Below, piece after piece: positions 32,472 to 43,573 of a stretch of 64,000 bases of DNA. The notes below the pieces were generated by a model, which ran no database searches, was not told where the DNA came from, and saw nothing but the letters and a program-made list of their open reading frames with translations. This DNA comes from Pelomyxa schiedti. Lineage: Eukaryota > Protista > Evosea. The stretch covers positions 1 through 64,000 of the forward strand of contig JAHLWZ010000811.1 in the NCBI GenBank assembly GCA_020536535.1, read 5' to 3'. Made by a program: the position numbers and the translations under genes. Position 1 is the first letter of the stretch. Every line of letters starts with the position of its first letter.

Positions 32472-33195
32472 TACCCATCCCCTTTCCCACAAGAAGAAAG
32501 GCAAATGTTTTTTTCTCTTTATTTCTTGTGAATTCTGGTTTTTTATCAGCTGGTTAATGTTAGCGGTATGGATAGAAATAGAACTTTAGATGATCAACAT
32601 GATGGCCGCGAAGCTAATGCGCGAGAATGGAATCCACAACTTGATCACGTCGGCACCGACATCAAGGATCGCGCCGAGACAGCAGCGAAATCCACGACGG
32701 CGTCACCGAACTACGTTAGCCGCAGAACACCGCACCACCGCACGAGAAAAGTCGCGCGCTCTTAAGCCGAACCAAAATTGTTTAATTGGGGCCAAAGTCG
32801 AATAGAAAAACATTATTCATCTTGCTGTTTCTAACCGTTAGAGCGGGATGGATAAAATTAAATCACTCCACCATGTTCGAAAAAAGTTCCACAGTGGTTC
32901 ATGATGACCACATGCCCAGGTTTTGTACTATTTCAAAAAGTACTTCACACCCCAGCAACCTCACTGCAGACCAGGTGCTCTTGATATACTCTATCAACCT
33001 CTCCAGGTACTCAAGGAATTTGGAGACAATTTCCCCGGAGTGCTGGTTGACTCCACTGACAATTTGAGTTAAAGTTTGGTTCCACTGCTTTTGATTACGA
33101 TACACAGTTATTGCACTGAGGAGGAGAAATCAAGAGTGGAAAAGAACACAGTCGACAATTACAGCTTCAATTCGAAGAGGACTACTGAAAGAAAA

Positions 33196-33920
33196 ATGCC
33201 ATCATCATCCTCGGCTCACCCAACAGTGCACTTTGACGTGCCCCCAGTGTGTCCCTCACCACCAAATTCGTTGTTACATTCAAGAAGCGACTTCCTGTTA
33301 CGTGATGGCCTGAATGCTCTAGCAAATGGGCCCAAAATTAGGGCAGGTGATGGGTACAACATTGGGCAGCTCATGTGGTGGACACATGGTGAAGCACTAC
33401 TTGCAGCGTGGCAACTGGATGTGGAAGATGACAGCATCCTTCCAAAGGAAGATATCATCTCCGCCTTGCCAAGTTTGGGCCACAGCAACCTTATGAATCC
33501 AGTAGGAACAAGTTCAGCCCGGGCAACAACAGTGCACCAATTGCAAGTGGAAGTTCATCAGTCTGTTTGTTGTCAGAGAGCACGCACCCATCCCAGCATA
33601 ACACACAACAAGTTCAGACGCAAAAACGAGGGAATTGGAGCACATGACAACTGGTTGATAGACTGTTTGCAATTGCCAACGGGATATCGAAAGGAGATGG
33701 TTACAATATGGGGCAACTCATGCGGTGGACACATGGTGAAGCGTTGCTTAGAGCGTGGCAGGAAGCCACAGGGAATCACAGTCTCGTTACCAAAGAGGAA
33801 ATTATTTCAGACTGGCAGAAAAATTGGAGTTCAAGAGAACATGAAACCACACCGCACCACACCACACCTCACACAAACAGTCAATCAAGACCAAGAAAAA
33901 AACAAAACAGAAGTAATTGA
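33196..33920 (+). CDS. Hypothetical protein (or decaying gene) with two copies of an unknown ~55-aa domain
   Basis: GDGYNIGQLMWWTHGEALLAAWQ..KEDIIS and GDGYNMGQLMRWTHGEALLRAWQ..KEEIIS differ mostly at synonymous third positions in the + frame. The copies are in different frames, with a TGA at 33645-33647 upstream of copy 2. Confidence 0.5.
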
Positions 33921-34079
33921 ACCTTTTTTTTTTTTGTTCTATGTTTTCTGTACATTTTGGGGCATAACGAATTCTTGCCAAAGACACAAAAAAAAAATTC
34001 TATTACATTTTTTTCCAACTGTCACTGGGAGTGACTTGCTGGCGGCACAGTTGGACTTTGCTTCCCGGTTTTGAAATAA

Positions 34080-35104
34080 ATGACTTCAGTGAAGGGTAGA
34101 ATAACCAGAGAGGCTTATTGATTGAGGCCACACCCACTCCAGTATCCAGAGGTTACATACATAGCACACAAAGTCATATCATTACCTAGGATCGATCCAG
34201 TTATGTTTTTGGTGTGTTGGAAGAGGCACAGCTCTTGTGCCATTCACTCCACATGCCAAATTGCCGTGGCCATTCACATCAGTGTTATTCCCCTTCCGCA
34301 CACTGCTGACCAAATAGCGCCCTCATCCTCCCTAGTCACGTGAACATATTATTAGAACAAAAGGAATTCAAAAAGTGGAACCCATTTAACCCATTTAACG
34401 GCATAGTTCCTGTAAAAAGATGAATCATCCGATTAAAGTCCGACTGTAGTACAAATTGTGCTCTGCTCAGTGAAGTAAATTGCACCGCCATTCCTGTAGG
34501 TACTCCCCGTCGATAAAGGCGGCTTTCTTTCGGCATTAATTAATTACATACTGAAGATTGATTGCACCACCGAATTCAGCAGGATTTTGCCAGAAGGTAC
34601 CATATCTTAAATCGAAAATTGTCACAGAATCGAAATAGGCAGTGCCACCGCCAGCTTCGGGTAATCAATCATTCACATCTAAGCAGCAGTCACTTCCAAC
34701 ACCGCACTGCACAGTTCTCAGATGGATATAGTCACACACATTGATACGTCACCACTCAACAGGCATTGCCTGAGATAGTCAAACAAAGGCGCTCAATTAA
34801 GACGCGTTCGTTGTACGAAATAACACACGGTGAACGTGATAAAGTGGAAAATCAAATACTGCAAACTCGAAGTCTTGGCTGTCCCACTCGTGTCCGCTGG
34901 TGTGCTCATTTTTCGGGTAGTATCACCTCTGGGCTTTTTTTCTACATCAGAACAACACGCCGTTGCCGTCCAGGGACACCGAGGGAGGCCCTTGGGCAAC
35001 CAATAGAGTGCGTCCTGGTCCTCCACTTCAGATTCCGTCCTGATACTCCAGTTCAGATTGGTGATTGGTTCCTCAGACCCTGGGAAAAAAATCTAAAATT
35101 CTAA
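34080..35104 (+). CDS. Hypothetical multi-exon gene (poorly resolved)
   Basis: A protein-like last segment (ECVLVLHFRFRPDTPVQIGDWFLRPWEKNLKF*) is followed by a T-rich 3' tract. Upstream exons could not be assembled reliably. Confidence 0.3.
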
Positions 35105-35189
35105 TTTTCTTTTTTTTTTTGTTTTTCCGCAAACAAACTTAAATTAAACTATGATTACAAAAAAAAAAAAAAAATTAACGACAGCGGAG

Positions 35190-35815
35190 ATGGTAGCAGA
35201 GACGATACCGCGACACAAGGCAGATCTTACATGGGTGCTGTGTTCCACTGTACGTTGTCGTAGAGTGTCTGGAGTGTGGTGTGGTGGTTGGCGTGCGATT
35301 CTGAGTGAGGTTGCGATGTGCGACACACTGAGGGATGGATGGGAATACATTTGGGAAGCGGTGATTCAATTCAAGCACTCTCAATTCTACAGCAAAAGCA
35401 AAATCGGGGGCAGCAGCAGTCTTCAAACCCAGTAGGTTCAGCCAACAATTAATTTACACTCACTTTGCTTAGGCCGTTTCCACCAGAGAGCACTCTCAAT
35501 CCCAGCGGGGGATAAAATGGGGAATGAGCCTCTTGTGTGTTGTGTTCATCAAATCACGCACTTTTCCGGCTGCCTCTATTGCTGTTCAGCTGGGAACTCA
35601 TGGACACAACAATTTTGGACTCTGAGCCGTGGCACTCCCTTTCCCACCACCAGGAAGAATACAAATGTTTTTCTTTTTTCTTTTGTGAATTCCAAAATGA
35701 TTGTGCTGTCAGTGGTCTTCAGAACCTGGTGTTGCCAAAAGGCTTGCTACCTCATCACCTGGGACTTCCGGAGTCGCTGGTTTTTGATGTTAGAGGTAAT
35801 TGGAAGGATTGTTAA
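35190..35815 (+). CDS. Hypothetical small multi-exon gene (poorly resolved)
   Basis: ATG 35190 after an A-rich leader and ORF pieces separated by splice-like sites. Frame connections are uncertain. Confidence 0.25.
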
Positions 35816-38050
35816 AATACCTGGGCTTAGAGGCAAGAAACTGTGGTGATATATTAGTGGAATGTAGAGAAAGAAAGGAGGGAAGGTACCCTAACGCCAT
35901 GATAGGCACATAGGTGTTGTACAGTGTGTAAAAGAATACCAGTCCAACGGCTGTTGATGTCGAAGTAAGTTTGCCAAACAAGGTGCTTAAATTTAGTCTG
36001 TCCAACCTGAACTGCCTAAGGCGATGAAGGACCCGGTGAATATACTAATTATGGAGTATGCCATGAGTACAATAGTTGGTAGGAAGAGATATAGGTATCT
36101 GTGGGTGCTATTAGTGAAGGTGAAGTGCGCATTACTGGGTTAAAACCGAACAAGTAAAAGTCTATTTCGGTAAATGTCTTTTATCGTTAGCAGACTGATG
36201 AAGACCAACCATAGAATTATTGCCATGTACATTAAAACGACCAGAACAAATAGAATCTACAACTGTTGAAGAAAACTAAGGAATAGAAGAAAATACCAGA
36301 ACTCCAGTGATGTCAAAGGAAACGCCATACACAGGATCCCGGACCTCAACAACACTGCGAAATTAAGAAACTCAAAACCAGATAAGAGGGGAGGTTACCT
36401 TTGATAAATATACATTGTTAAGCCCAGAACCAAGAATCCAACAACAAGAAATATCTGCTCAAGAATTAGTACATTTCTCAGTGGAGAGAACAGACTTTGA
36501 CTGGAGCAGCAAAGCCGAATTCTTTTTGTATGGGGTGGTCCTATTAAATCGAAATTTAATTTCCCGTGAAACCTTTCATCCATACCTTTGACAGCTTATC
36601 AAGACAAAATAGCCAATATAAACATAGAAGAGACAAGAACCCCTGAAAATACGTAAATTAAATAACCAACTTGATTTGCAAGTACAATTTTAAAAAAGGC
36701 ATTCAAAAATGCAAAGAACCCTCCAAAGGGGAGGAATTTAAACGTGAACAGTGGATCTGAGGATTTTTGGGAAGAGACATTAATCTCAACGTTAAGTAAT
36801 CGAGGAAAAATACTATTGTACAGAATCAATGCCGCTTGAAGTACAACAATAAATCTTTAAAAAAAACTCTGGTGAGGTAGCTTTGAAGAGTAAGGGTAGG
36901 ATTTACTTGTGTTCCAAGGACCAATCCCTCAAGGGGAACTGTTTTGAATGATACACAACAAAACCAAGCGCCACAAAGGTAACAATGAGATAGAAAATGG
37001 TGACAATAATCTCGAGATAAGTAAACTTTATTGCCCCAGTAGAGAACTAGGATACGGCAGATAGTTTTAGGTGTTGCACATTCAGGTTAAGTATTGTGAC
37101 TTTTTTGTTTGGATGTCAATGCATTGGGTGTCTTGTTGTGCATGTGTACAGGGAGAAGGACTCAAGACTGACTTCGAATGCGACATCACCAATGAAATTA
37201 GATTCGTTCAAGAAGGCAACACTAACATTCCAAATTGGGGCTACAACTGGCATCTTTGTGCATATGTTTGCTTATATCTACCATTAATTTTGCTATAAAA
37301 CCTGAAAAATCAGTGTAAATAGGTCACAGGCAGACTGAGTCTCATCCTTTTTAAGAGTGAGTCACCAAAAAATAAGCTTCTATGTGCTCTATAAGATAAT
37401 AAGAAGAGGCTAGATGACTAACTGCTCACCGGAGAACAGTGGACATAAACTTCATCTATCAGATTTTCAACTCGCACATGCCACACCCCACTATCAGGTA
37501 CTGGGAGATAAGACATATTGACAGCAACCAGAAGCTCTTGAGACCTTTCCCTTCCTGAAAAAAACCTTACTTTCAAAAATGAAACAACTGCACACCATCT
37601 GTATAATTCCTATTGTAGGGTTGCAAGCTCAAACCCCAAAATCTGTTTGCTTCTTTTATTTCGGGCATTTGTTTTGTCCAAACAGATCCTGGCTATTACA
37701 ACACTTACGAAAACTCGTAACAGACAAAAGGGGGGCTCTTATACTAACAATTGCCATCTGCTCACCAGTGCAAGACTCGCTCCACACGTGGGAGTCACGT
37801 GGGCACTCATAAGCGAACCACTTAGTTAAGAGGAGTGGGGCAGGACCTTAAATGGGTGAGGTGGCACAACAACAACACAAAAAGAAATACCTAAGAAGCC
37901 AACAAGTAATCCACCCATTAGAGAAAAAGCCCACACAAGAAGCAACAGTCCCAAATGCCATCGTTTGAACCTATCCACCCTTGGCTTTGTTTTATTGCTT
38001 ACAGTCGTCAGCGCCTCCCAAAACAACAACAGCTTGTACTTCCACCTCAT
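35755..38050 (-). CDS. TMEM181: TMEM181/Wntless-like multi-pass membrane protein
   Basis: RFKRWHLGLLLLVW..VGFLGP; FTYLEIIVTIF; FPLRDWSLEHK; RDPVYG; VGLVFFYTLYNTYVPIMALGYLPS parallel the TMEM181 motif order. The 3' end is approximate. Confidence 0.7.
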
Positions 38051-38226
38051 CGCTGGGTGGTCGTAACTTGAGTACTATTTTTTAAATAAATGATTAATGT
38101 TCGGCGATTTCGATCACTGTCACAGAAGCAGGGAATTGGTGCCAATGCTGTTTCCAGGGTTTTGACAAAAAAGGTGTTGGTGTTATTACATGGAAGGATC
38201 CAAGGAGTAGTATCGTGTCTCTGGGG

Positions 38227-39452
38227 TCAGTACTGCATGGAGCAAGGTACTGGGATGGTCCTTTTATATTTAGCCTTCTGTTTCAACCAGGTGATGTCCC
38301 CTCTCAAGTCCGCAGTGAGAACAAAGGTGATAAATGTTATGATTCCTAAGCTTGGAAGTGTGAACTCCAAAACTTTTGCATAAGTAGGAGTGTCATGCCC
38401 ACTGGTGGGATCCTCTAAGAGCCCAACAATGGTACAAGGTAGCCAAACCATTGCCATACCTACACAGGTTAATCTAACCCCATGTAATGAGAGTGCAACC
38501 AATAGGGTATAATATGAGCTGTCTGAGACCCCTTGAAACTCTTTGGACAGCATCTTCGAGGCCAACACTTTCAGCATTGCCAGTCAACATGTACTTGAGG
38601 TAACGTCGTAATTTAAAGGCAGCATGGATATACAATATTGTTACAACCTAAAAGAGGTTGAGATGACTTGATGAAGGTATGGTGGCAAACCGTCATGATA
38701 AACCAATCAATTAAGTAAAGGGAAAATACTCTGGCCCATAAGAACTTGGGGCCAATCCAACACCAGCCGCACATCAGCGGCTCGTACTGAACCCCGCTCG
38801 CGGGGTGGTATAGCGGAATGAGGCCAATACAGACTGTAAATGTAAAGGCGCAGACAACTACAAAAGCTTCTGCCTTTGGGCCCAATAACGATTTCCCTTG
38901 TGCCAATCTATTCACTATGAAAATGATAAATAGTTGGTATGTCATCAAGAAACCTGTGAAAGCTGATAGCTATCATAAAAACCCAGATATCATTTGCAAG
39001 CTGAAACGTAGCTATAAAAAATCCTTGTACCGAACAAGAGGTGCTTTTAGTATGGCTTGCACCGGGCCACACAATATATCCTACAATCATTGTGGTGGCC
39101 ACTACACTTGAGTTATAATAATTATCGAGAGGAAGAACTCAAGTTAGTGACACTACCAACTTTTGTGTTTAATGTAGATTTCGCGGATCTTACCAACAAC
39201 GTCTGCAATAGCGACCAGCAACACGTATCTCCAGAATGGCTTCTTGAATTTCCGAGCCACGAATATCCACACAATAACGAACAGCGCTCCAGCCAAAGAA
39301 AACGAACTCAGCACCACAACAGGCACCGTAGTAATATCCCCAACGCCATCAGAACTCGCCGACGCGGACAACGACACAGCGCCACTATAAGATCTCCCGC
39401 TCGCTTCCTCACCCCGGAACCCCGTGATGGGGGCCTCTGCCCCATTAATCAT
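38227..39452 (-). CDS. cAMP-receptor-like (CAR/Crl/GCR1-type) 7TM GPCR
   Basis: SSFSLAGALFVI, LLVAIADV, CSVQGFFI, GWCWIG and MVWLPCTI mark seven hydrophobic segments over several exons. Confidence 0.85.
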
Positions 39453-39512
39453 TTTCTTCGAAGAATGAGTGCCACTTTCAGCAATAATTAAAAAGTTTGA
39501 AGGAGTTCTCTC

Positions 39513-40697
39513 TCAAAAGGAAGTTACGCTTGGTGTGACTGGGAGTGTTGTCGGGAATGTCGCGGAGAAAATCTGCACGCCTGATAGTGCATCTGTGACG
39601 TGCAGTTGCTGGCCCATAAGTTGGAATATGAAACCCGCGTGCAGGGAGATGCTTGGCTTCTTTTCTCCACTGCCAACAGCGGGGAACGGAATGACCTTCA
39701 GTGGGCGATTTGTGTCATTGCAGTCCCACAATTCGCACAGCCATCTTTTTGGTGCGAACGATACCAAGAACTGTGATTCATTGAGTTGGGACAGCTCCAA
39801 GCTGGGTCCTGTGGCAATTTGCTTTTTCGTTTCTCCACTAGAGTCATTTTCCTCCACTTGAAATAGAACGTAAGTATCATAATCTAGCCTCCAGCGCGTG
39901 AGCACGACTAGAACTCTGGTATTATTTTGCCTCCTTAGTATCAGGGTTGTGACTGGAAGGTCTGCTCTTTGGAATACACATTTCGTAAGACTCAAAACTG
40001 CAGGGCTTTGGGTACAATGAGTCTTTTCCAGGTCAAGAACCGTGAAGAAAACTGTGGGAGTAGGGGAACGGCAGATGACCGCCACTACACTCTCATTCGG
40101 CCTATACGTATTGAGTTTGATATCTAGTAGCCACCCCTGAGGAAGACTGACTTCAGTCAGCTTCAAGGGCTGCTGCATAAGGTCACAGACACGTAGTACA
40201 ACGAGATTCTCAGGTAGAAAAGGTGTGTTCCTTCCTGTAACAACCCACCGAGAATTAGCATCCCTTCGGGACTCTTCGGACGGTCCCACAATTCTGTCCT
40301 CGGCACCCGCCGTTTTGATGACCATTTTGCTTTCACCCGTGGCCGGGGCTCTTGTGGTTAGGAAACGATTGGCGTCCAGCCAGGTGCCATTCGGGTCGCC
40401 GTCAGCATGAGAGCCGCCAAGCACGCGCTGTCCCACAATTCCAAGTAGCGTGGGCGACACCGAGAGAAAGAGCGTGATGGGTGCCTCGACAGTACGAAGG
40501 CGCACGACCAGGGTAATACACGACGACTTCACCCACTCCCACAAAAGAGCGAGGACCGAGGGAGACAGAGATCGAGCTGGGCTCGTGGCGCCGCACCGAG
40601 GATCGTTGGCCACAGCCAACGCACCAAGTTGGTGCAGGGCGCGCAATGCCGTTTCCGTTTGTTTTTCTTTTTTCTTGGGGGAACACCCGGATGCCAC
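39513..40697 (-). CDS. Intronless hypothetical protein, probable member of a lineage-specific expanded family
   Basis: 394-aa single ORF. N-terminal LGALAVANDPRCGATSPARSL...LWEWV and SVSPTL motifs, followed by a beta-strand-rich C-terminal region. Confidence 0.75.
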   Translation of the reverse strand: MASGCSPKKKEKQTETALRALHQLGALAVANDPRCGATSPARSLSPSVLALLWEWVKSSCITLVVRLRTVEAPITLFLSVSPTLLGIVGQRVLGGSHADGDPNGTWLDANRFLTTRAPATGESKMVIKTAGAEDRIVGPSEESRRDANSRWVVTGRNTPFLPENLVVLRVCDLMQQPLKLTEVSLPQGWLLDIKLNTYRPNESVVAVICRSPTPTVFFTVLDLEKTHCTQSPAVLSLTKCVFQRADLPVTTLILRRQNNTRVLVVLTRWRLDYDTYVLFQVEENDSSGETKKQIATGPSLELSQLNESQFLVSFAPKRWLCELWDCNDTNRPLKVIPFPAVGSGEKKPSISLHAGFIFQLMGQQLHVTDALSGVQIFSATFPTTLPVTPSVTSF

Positions 40698-40848
40698 TCC
40701 TCAGGCTTCAGAGAGGTGAGCACACAACACCACAAGGTCGACACTTGATACCATGTGGCCCAGGTGATCAGTAGGGGGCTCGGAAGAGATGAGCAGCAAG
40801 AACTTCAGAGAAAAACAAATACAAAACAAAAAAAAAAACCTTACGTCA

Positions 40849-41835
40849 ATGCGGAAGTCGGCTGTGTCGTTGCTGGCCCTAGTGGTCGTTGTCATTGGAT
40901 ATATGGGAAGTACTGCGCGATGTGCTAGCGTGCCGTACAACGAGCTCGCTAACGAGACCGCAATCGAGACGCAGACCGAGTTTAAGATCGGGGACCGCAC
41001 TCTGGTGTACCTGCATTTCCGTAGCAACGCGACGGGGCTAGGGTGGGAATACTGGCACGGAAAGTACTTCCCAAAGGTGGACGAGTTTTCGAGGATGGAC
41101 CTGCTCAACAGTGCGTTGGTTTTTTTTTTTTTTTGTTGTTGTTATGTGCGTGGAATTATTCCAATTCTCGTTTGGATATTAGTGAGATGTAATTATTATT
41201 GTTGTTGTTGTCTATATACTAGTGATAGACTATATTGGTTAATAAATACTAGCTTCTTGGGCAATAAATGATACCTCTGCTGAAATGTGGGTTGACTATG
41301 GAAATTACACAACGCGCCACAGACTGTTCAGCATGGGGGATCGGTTTGTGCCGAGCTGGAGTATAGTACTTACCTACAAGAAGGTATGCAGAAATTATTA
41401 TCTCCTCTTCAACTTTAACTTCCCACTGAATGCAACGCAGGGGAAACCTCAGGGAATTGCGTTCGATGGTGACTGTGACCAGTGCATTGGCACTTGGTGT
41501 CTAAATGAGACCTGCACTATGGAATCCTCCCAGAAGAATTGTAACATGAACGATACTTCGGTTAGGACCTTGGTACTCAAATTAGCCTAACCTGCATGGC
41601 GATAGGCACTAAAAGACGACCCTGGCAGGTGTGGAGTAAAAGTGTTTCTTGCTTTTGATGGCGATGACAAGGAAGGAACACCAATGACCTCAACTAGTAA
41701 GCGTTAATGCCTTACCTGCTGTTCCCCCTGACCTTCACCTTAGGTTCTCTGCCCTCACGATTCCAGAGGTGGTCTGTTGCCGGTGCCCTCTATGAATCTG
41801 TGTCAGGTTTCTGGAATGACTTCTTCCCTTGGTAA
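40849..41835 (+). CDS. Secreted Cys-containing hypothetical protein
   Basis: Signal peptide MRKSAVSLLALVVVVIG. Exons include DCDQCIGTWCLNETC and VFLAFDGDDKEGTPMTS, ending RFQRWSV...FFPW* at 41835. Confidence 0.7.
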
Positions 41836-42079
41836 TCTTCCAACCACGCCAATGTAAATACAATACATTATGTTCCATGAGAGACAATCCAATCCAATTC
41901 AGTTGCTTGCATCAATCAATGCACCAAACCGCGGTGCCGACGATTTGCGTTTTTTTTTTCCTTTCTCGCCCAAACGCCATGCACCTTCAAACACGGACAC
42001 GCGATGTCCTCCGGCCAGCCAGTTTTCGGTAATTAGGAGAAGAGCCATCGATCTCTAAAAAGCAACAAACCCAACAAAA

Positions 42080-43469
42080 ATGGCGGAAGCGGCCATGTCG
42101 GCTGTGGTGGCTCTCAAGTACGACTGGTATGCCATTTACGGAGAGACCAATAGATACCCGGTGTGGGGTCGTGGCGGATGTTTTCTCTTATCAAATACAC
42201 ACACCAACAGGGTTATAATGAGGGGCCAACCAGCTGGCAAATGTGTTGTGCTCGAGACTGGCCGCGGGGGCTTGCAATCCATGATTCCTAATTTGTCACC
42301 TTCGGAGGTACTGCTGTGCTTCTTTCACGCCTCGAAAAAGGGGAAGCGACTGTTTTTCTTCTTAACTTGGTGTGCACCAGTCCTGCCTCTATTTTGAGCA
42401 GTATTAATGAGAAAATTCAAGGGTAGGTGACCAGGCACCCCACGATGCCATTCCGAAACTGGCGTCTGAACACCCACCGTTTCCAACAACAGTAAGATTT
42501 CTGCATCTCCAACTTTTTTTTTTTTTGTTTCCCCTCCTATTGTTTTTCTAATGTTTCATGACAAACGGATTGGCAGACACCACCTATTGTCACTCTCCAA
42601 TGTGGGAGTTATGAGGAGCTTGCGTTAACTGTGGATGAATACCTTCAAACAGTGCAATTACCATTGTCAAGCTCCGCGTCAGGCAGTGGGAGCCACAGAT
42701 CCCACGGTCACAAGCACCATCACCGTTCAGATAAATCTGAAAGGTCAGGAGAAAGGTTATTATCCGAGTCTACGAGTAAAGTGGAAGCCCCTGGGACACC
42801 AGCAAATGCTGTATCGTCATCCTCCACATTTTTCTTACCTTTTCTTACAATCTGTAGCACAAACACCACAGTCGTCATAGCTCAGAACCCCGCTTGGTAC
42901 CATGTTGTTTCTTACTCCCTTCATTTACTTAGTTCAAGCTGGAAGAACTGGAAAAAGCTAAAGAAGAAATTCGAGCTTTAAAAGAGCAACTAACACATGT
43001 TGTACTGGAACACATAAAACCATCTTCTAATATTTACAAGGCCGAAGCCACCTGCGAAGAACTCCGAAATAATGGCACACAAGGGATGACTACTTTGCAA
43101 CAAAAATATCAAGCCTTGGCCCAGGAAATCCAGCAGGCATACCTCGCTCCCCTACCCTCTGTTTAACTCTGTGAAGTTTAAGGATCAGAGAAGACATGAC
43201 AGTGAAACAATCAAAAGTATTCAACAGTCCCCACAAAACTCACAACTAAGTCTGCTTGTAATATTCCAGGCCTTCAAGTGGACATGTCCACACTGCGAAC
43301 TGCGAACGCCAATCTGCAGCAAGAAAAAACTGAAATAAATGCCCAGCTGTGTGCCCTTTTGCAGTCGCAGCTAAATGATGTACATGACCATGGTGAACCA
43401 ATCATTACAACTGGTTTGGACCTCAGTGCAATGGCGAGTGGCTTGGACTTGGACTCTTTGTCATTTTGA
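42080..43469 (+). CDS. Hypothetical coiled-coil protein
   Basis: ATG after an A-rich leader. Multi-exon, with heptad-rich segments (LEELEKAKEEIRALKEQL; LQQEKTEINAQL). Stop at 43469. Confidence 0.55.
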
Positions 43470-43573
43470 CCTGCTACCTCATTTCAACTGAGTGGCTGAA
43501 ATTTGTGTTTTAATTTAGTGTCTTTACCCTGTCTTTTTTTCTTTTTCTTTCTTTACGCGTACATAGAGTCCTA

